From Verrucomicrobiota bacterium (lineage in GTDB: Bacteria > Verrucomicrobiota > Verrucomicrobiia > Limisphaerales > JAHDYP01), in contig JBJOII010000099.1 in assembly GCA_046047235.1 (NCBI GenBank), positions 1-16,873 of the forward strand: DNA of 16,873 nt, given 5' to 3'. This document shows, in pieces, positions 14,222 through 16,873 of this stretch. Numbering within the stretch: the stretch's first letter is position 1; the number at the start of each line of letters is the position of its first letter. The notes under the pieces were generated by a model. It was given only the letters and a program-made list of their open reading frames with translations. It made no database searches and had not been told where the DNA came from. Made by a program: the position numbers and the translations under genes.

Positions 14222-16396
14222 TCAACCCTGACCCGCCTTGTCCCCGCCCAATACAGACAACGCCACCGCGTCCGCCAACCCACTCTCCTTCGCCATCACT
14301 CCAGCCGACGCCAAAAGCCGCTTCACCCCGCCGTCCTCAGTCGATACCGCCAGCCGCGCCAGCAACGCCGCCACCGTCAGGTTCTTCAAATCCTCACTCG
14401 GAATCCCAAAGTCCTTCACCCACTGGCGCAACTGCACCTTGAACCGCTCCGGATCCCCATTGAAAAACGTCCGCTTGATGTCGCCCAAAGCCTCGCTGTT
14501 CGCCAACAATCGATCCACCGACTTGCCGGAACCAACCGCCTTCACAATCTTCTCAAAGAAGTCGTTCTCCCCGCCCACAATGTCGATCTTCGCGTGCTTC
14601 AACGCCTCGCCCACCAGCTCGGAATGCGCCCTCGCCACATCCCGCTCGACGCCGATCGCCGCCAGCTCCACATCCCGCTCCTTCGCCAGCTTCAACCGGA
14701 ACTCCTCATGCTGCTGCGTCGTCGCCTGGAACAACTTCATCGACTTCGCCTTCTCCTCAATCCCCTTCGCCTCAGCCAACAGCTTCGCCTCAATACCCGA
14801 TGCCGTCGCCGTCTCCTTGTCACGAATCCCCTCCGCCTCAGCCTCAGCCTGAATCTCCGTCACCTTCGCCCGCGCCTCACCCTTCAACCGGTCCACCTGC
14901 GCCTCAGCCGACCCCATCTCCAATACCGCACCCGCATCCACCTTCCGCGCATCCGCCTTGGCCTTGATCACCTTGGCCTCCGCCAACCCCTTCGCCGCCT
15001 CCCGCGCCGCCTCCCCGTCCGCCTCCTGCTCCATCGCATGCCGACGCTTCTCGGACGCCTTCGCCTCCGCATCCGCCAAAATCTGCACCCGCTCCGATTC
15101 CCGCGTCGCCGCCTCCCGCGCCGCATCCGCCTCAGTCACGGTCTTGATCCGCTGCCCCTCAGCCAGATTGCGCTCCACTTCCTTCTGCGCCTCAGCCGCC
15201 ACCACCTTCTCCACCTGATCCTTCTTCGCGTTCATGTCGGCCTCAATCAGCGTGACCTCACGCACCCGATTGGCCGTCATCTGCGCCTCAATGTTCAGCT
15301 TCTCCTCCTCCTGCTGCACCACCGCCTTCTGCTCCGCCACCACCACCGCACGCTTCCGCTCCACCTCCACAGCCGCCTCAGCCACCTTCACCTGCTTGTC
15401 CATGTCCGCCAACGAGACCACCCGCTCCCGACGCACCCGCGCCTCCTCACCCTCCTGCGCCGCCTCTTCCTCCAGCCGACGCTGCTCCTTCGTCACGGTA
15501 TACTGCCGCTCCTGCACCGCCCGCTTCATGTCCTCCGACCGCAAACTAATCGCCTCATCCGTCTCCAATCGCTTCGTCTCCACCTCCTGCCGACGCGCCT
15601 CAATCACCTTCCGCGACTCCGCCTCCTCAGTCGCCTGCACCTCGGTAATCGCCCGGGTCTGCTTGGCCGAATCCTCCTCATTGCGCCGCTTCTGCTCCCG
15701 CTTCGCAATGTCCGCATCCGCATTCTCCTTCTCAATCTGAACCCCCGCCCGCTTCGCATGCTCGTTCGCCACCACCCGCTCCCGCTGCGTAATCTCGGTA
15801 ATCTTCTTAATACCCTCCGAATCCAACACGTTGTCCGGATCATGCTGGTTCAACGGCGTCTGCTCCAAATAGTCGATCGCCACGTCCTGCAACAAAAACC
15901 CATCCAGATCCTTGCCAATCGTCTCCTGAATCCGGTCCCGGAACTTGATCCGCTCGGTAAACAACTCGTGAAACTCCATCTGCTTACCCGCAGTCTTCAA
16001 GGCCTCGGAAAACTTCGCCTCAAATAACTCCCGCAATTGCCCCTCGTCCGATACCCGCTCCGGCGTCAGCATCTGCGCCACCTTCCGCACGCTCTCCTCA
16101 GTCGCCTCCACCCGAATGTAAAATGCCACGGTAATGTCCGCCCGAATGTTGTCCTTGCACACCAACCCGTCCTTCCCCTTGCGCGCAATCTCCAGCTTCT
16201 TCACAGAAATATCGACAATGTGATACGTCTGCAAAAACGGCACCCGTACCATCCAGTCAAACGCCACCTTCAACCCGCCCCACCCCGTCTTCACCCCCGC
16301 CCGGCCAGGCTGAATCTTGCGAATGCACATCGCAAAAAACGATCCCACCACCACCAGCACCACCAAAACCGCCAGAACAATCAACAAGGTCTTCAT
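14222..16396 (-). CDS. Flotillin-like SPFH/band-7 membrane protein (YqiK/FloT-type) of 724 aa with an unusually long E/A/K/R-rich coiled-coil region. The ORF-track start at 16408 is a TTG, and the ATG at 16394-16396 (MKTLLIV...) is preferred.
   Basis: An N-terminal TM helix MKTLLIVLAVLVVLVVVGSFFAM is present. The SPFH core reads PGRAGVKTGWGGLKVAFDWMVRVPFLQTYHIVDISVKKLEIARKGKDGLVCKDNIRADITVAFYIRV. About 400 aa of EA-rich coiled coil follow (AEAKASEKRR..., QAEAEAEGIRDKE...). A flotillin-like C-terminal globular region is also present. The stop TGA is at 14222-14224. Confidence 0.85.
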   Translation of the reverse strand: MKTLLIVLAVLVVLVVVGSFFAMCIRKIQPGRAGVKTGWGGLKVAFDWMVRVPFLQTYHIVDISVKKLEIARKGKDGLVCKDNIRADITVAFYIRVEATEESVRKVAQMLTPERVSDEGQLRELFEAKFSEALKTAGKQMEFHELFTERIKFRDRIQETIGKDLDGFLLQDVAIDYLEQTPLNQHDPDNVLDSEGIKKITEITQRERVVANEHAKRAGVQIEKENADADIAKREQKRRNEEDSAKQTRAITEVQATEEAESRKVIEARRQEVETKRLETDEAISLRSEDMKRAVQERQYTVTKEQRRLEEEAAQEGEEARVRRERVVSLADMDKQVKVAEAAVEVERKRAVVVAEQKAVVQQEEEKLNIEAQMTANRVREVTLIEADMNAKKDQVEKVVAAEAQKEVERNLAEGQRIKTVTEADAAREAATRESERVQILADAEAKASEKRRHAMEQEADGEAAREAAKGLAEAKVIKAKADARKVDAGAVLEMGSAEAQVDRLKGEARAKVTEIQAEAEAEGIRDKETATASGIEAKLLAEAKGIEEKAKSMKLFQATTQQHEEFRLKLAKERDVELAAIGVERDVARAHSELVGEALKHAKIDIVGGENDFFEKIVKAVGSGKSVDRLLANSEALGDIKRTFFNGDPERFKVQLRQWVKDFGIPSEDLKNLTVAALLARLAVSTEDGGVKRLLASAGVMAKESGLADAVALSVLGGDKAGQG

Positions 16397-16408
16397 GATC
16401 GAATCCAA

Positions 16409-16760
16409 ACGCGCTCAGGTTTCTATCCCCTCCCCAAACACCAGCCACCCCCGCCCATCCAACAACACAACACACCCCCCGCAAACACCTCTCCTATCTA
16501 GGGAATGCCAGTGAATTACCAAAGTTCAACACCCCCCGCCACTATAATTCCCCCACCATATTCCACCCTCCCACCCAGATAACGAGCCGCACACCCCCCA
16601 AAACCAACCTCCCATATCCCACCTCCCATATCCGATCTCCCATCTCCCACCTTCGATCCCCCATCTCCACTCTCGCGCAAAGCGCCCATCCCCTAGCTCC
16701 TGACTGCCAGCTCCCAACTCCTGCGCATAGCGCTATCTCACCCTCTCCTCTCTCCTCTCT
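16409..16760. repeat. An approximately 350-bp polypyrimidine (C/T-rich, G-poor) tract on the plus strand immediately upstream of the flotillin gene. This makes a G/A-rich leader on the minus strand. It includes C4-C6 runs at 16427-16480 and a CT microsatellite-like stretch at 16740-16762.
   Basis: Direct reading shows very few G between 16420 and 16680. C-tracts are ccccTcccc (16427-16435), ccccc (16448-16452), ccc (16454-16456) and cccccc (16475-16480). The stretch ctctcctctctcctctctcc runs from 16740 to 16762. Confidence 0.6.
16609..16664. repeat. Degenerate 14-bp tandem direct repeats with no spacers. Three clear units (CTCCCATATCCCAC / CTCCCATATCCGAT / CTCCCATCTCCCAC) are followed by a decayed fourth (CTTCGATCCCCCAT).
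   Basis: Units at 16609-16622, 16623-16636 and 16637-16650, with a decayed copy at 16651-16664. The units are contiguous. Confidence 0.5.
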
Positions 16761-16762
16761 CC

Positions 16763-16788
16763 CTGCGTTCCGCAACCGCGGAACGCAG
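16763..16788. promoter_or_regulatory. A perfect inverted repeat CTGCGTTCCGC-AACC-GCGGAACGCAG (11-bp stem, 4-nt loop). No T-run follows on either strand, so this is a candidate operator or protein-binding palindrome rather than an intrinsic terminator.
   Basis: Reverse-complement identity of the two arms was verified base by base. Flanking sequence is ctctcc... on one side and aagccctcagccctcagc on the other. Confidence 0.45.
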
Positions 16789-16873
16789 AAGCCCTCAGCC
16801 CTCAGCGCTCTGCGCTTCCCGCTTACCGCTCAGCACCCCCCCCCATCGAAATCGAAATCGGGATCGCTATCGG

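Noticed and set aside
14594-16027. A 477-aa plus-strand Leu/Arg-rich ORF antisense to the flotillin gene, plus the overlapping Ser/Ala-rich ORFs at 14238-14852 and 15234-15740.
   Set aside because: These are antisense artefacts of the repetitive EA-rich coiled-coil coding region. The flotillin reading frame has the TM helix and SPFH motifs.
7775-16396. Assignment of the flotillin-AAA cassette to a named antiphage or other described system.
   Set aside because: I could not match the domain combination (SPFH + giant AAA_5 + small coiled-coil protein) to any system I can name with confidence. Naming one would be invention, so it is left as an uncharacterised candidate system.
16609-16664. A possible CRISPR array.
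   Set aside because: The repeats are only 14 bp, directly abutting with no spacers, degenerate and few in number. This is not the CRISPR architecture.
16526-16775. Two minus-strand ORFs (63 and 77 aa) with repeated GDRRWEMGDRIWEVGYG-like peptides.
   Set aside because: They are translations of the degenerate 14-bp tandem repeats and the polypyrimidine tract. There is no start context and they are low complexity, so they are judged non-coding.
1-16873. A mobile element, integrase or transposase, or an rRNA/tRNA gene.
   Set aside because: There are no transposase or integrase motifs, no terminal inverted repeats flanking a gene set, and no tRNA-like cloverleaf or rRNA-like segments were recognised anywhere in the window.

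Overview
This is a high-GC (about 62-65%) bacterial window with strong strand-composition asymmetry. Its gene content points to the Planctomycetota/Verrucomicrobiota (PVC) group: a DUF1559-type prepilin-like protein, a Tat-exported Gfo/Idh/MocA oxidoreductase and large LamG/Ig surface proteins. The plus strand carries a Tat-signal Gfo/Idh/MocA oxidoreductase followed 12 bp later by an RtcB-family RNA ligase. From about 16.4 kb down to 3.2 kb, seven co-oriented minus-strand genes form two likely units. The first is a tight three-gene cassette: a long flotillin/SPFH (band-7) membrane protein, then a 1850-aa giant protein with a central MoxR/AAA_5-type ATPase core, then a translationally coupled 276-aa coiled-coil / Pro-Ala-Val-rich protein. 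The second, after a 240-bp AT-richer gap, is a prepilin-like DUF1559 protein, a small Ala-rich lipoprotein and a 996-aa secreted LamG/Ig-like protein, ending in a clean rho-independent terminator. The most interesting candidate is the flotillin + giant AAA_5 ATPase + small partner cassette. No NfeD-type partner lies within the window, although the usual position upstream of the flotillin gene is beyond the window edge and could not be examined. The giant protein's roughly 1100 N-terminal residues have no motif I can recognise. The cassette is preceded by an about 350-bp polypyrimidine (C/T) tract with degenerate 14-bp tandem repeats and a perfect 11-bp-stem palindrome. Other points of note are iterated CCATTCGCGTCT motifs at the 5' edge upstream of the oxidoreductase, an orphan RtcB with an N-terminal extension, and small palindromes and direct repeats in intergenic regions. 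All domain calls rest on motif recognition by eye, with no database search run. Many long plus-strand ORFs in the track are Pro/Arg/His-rich antisense artefacts of the GC-rich minus-strand genes.
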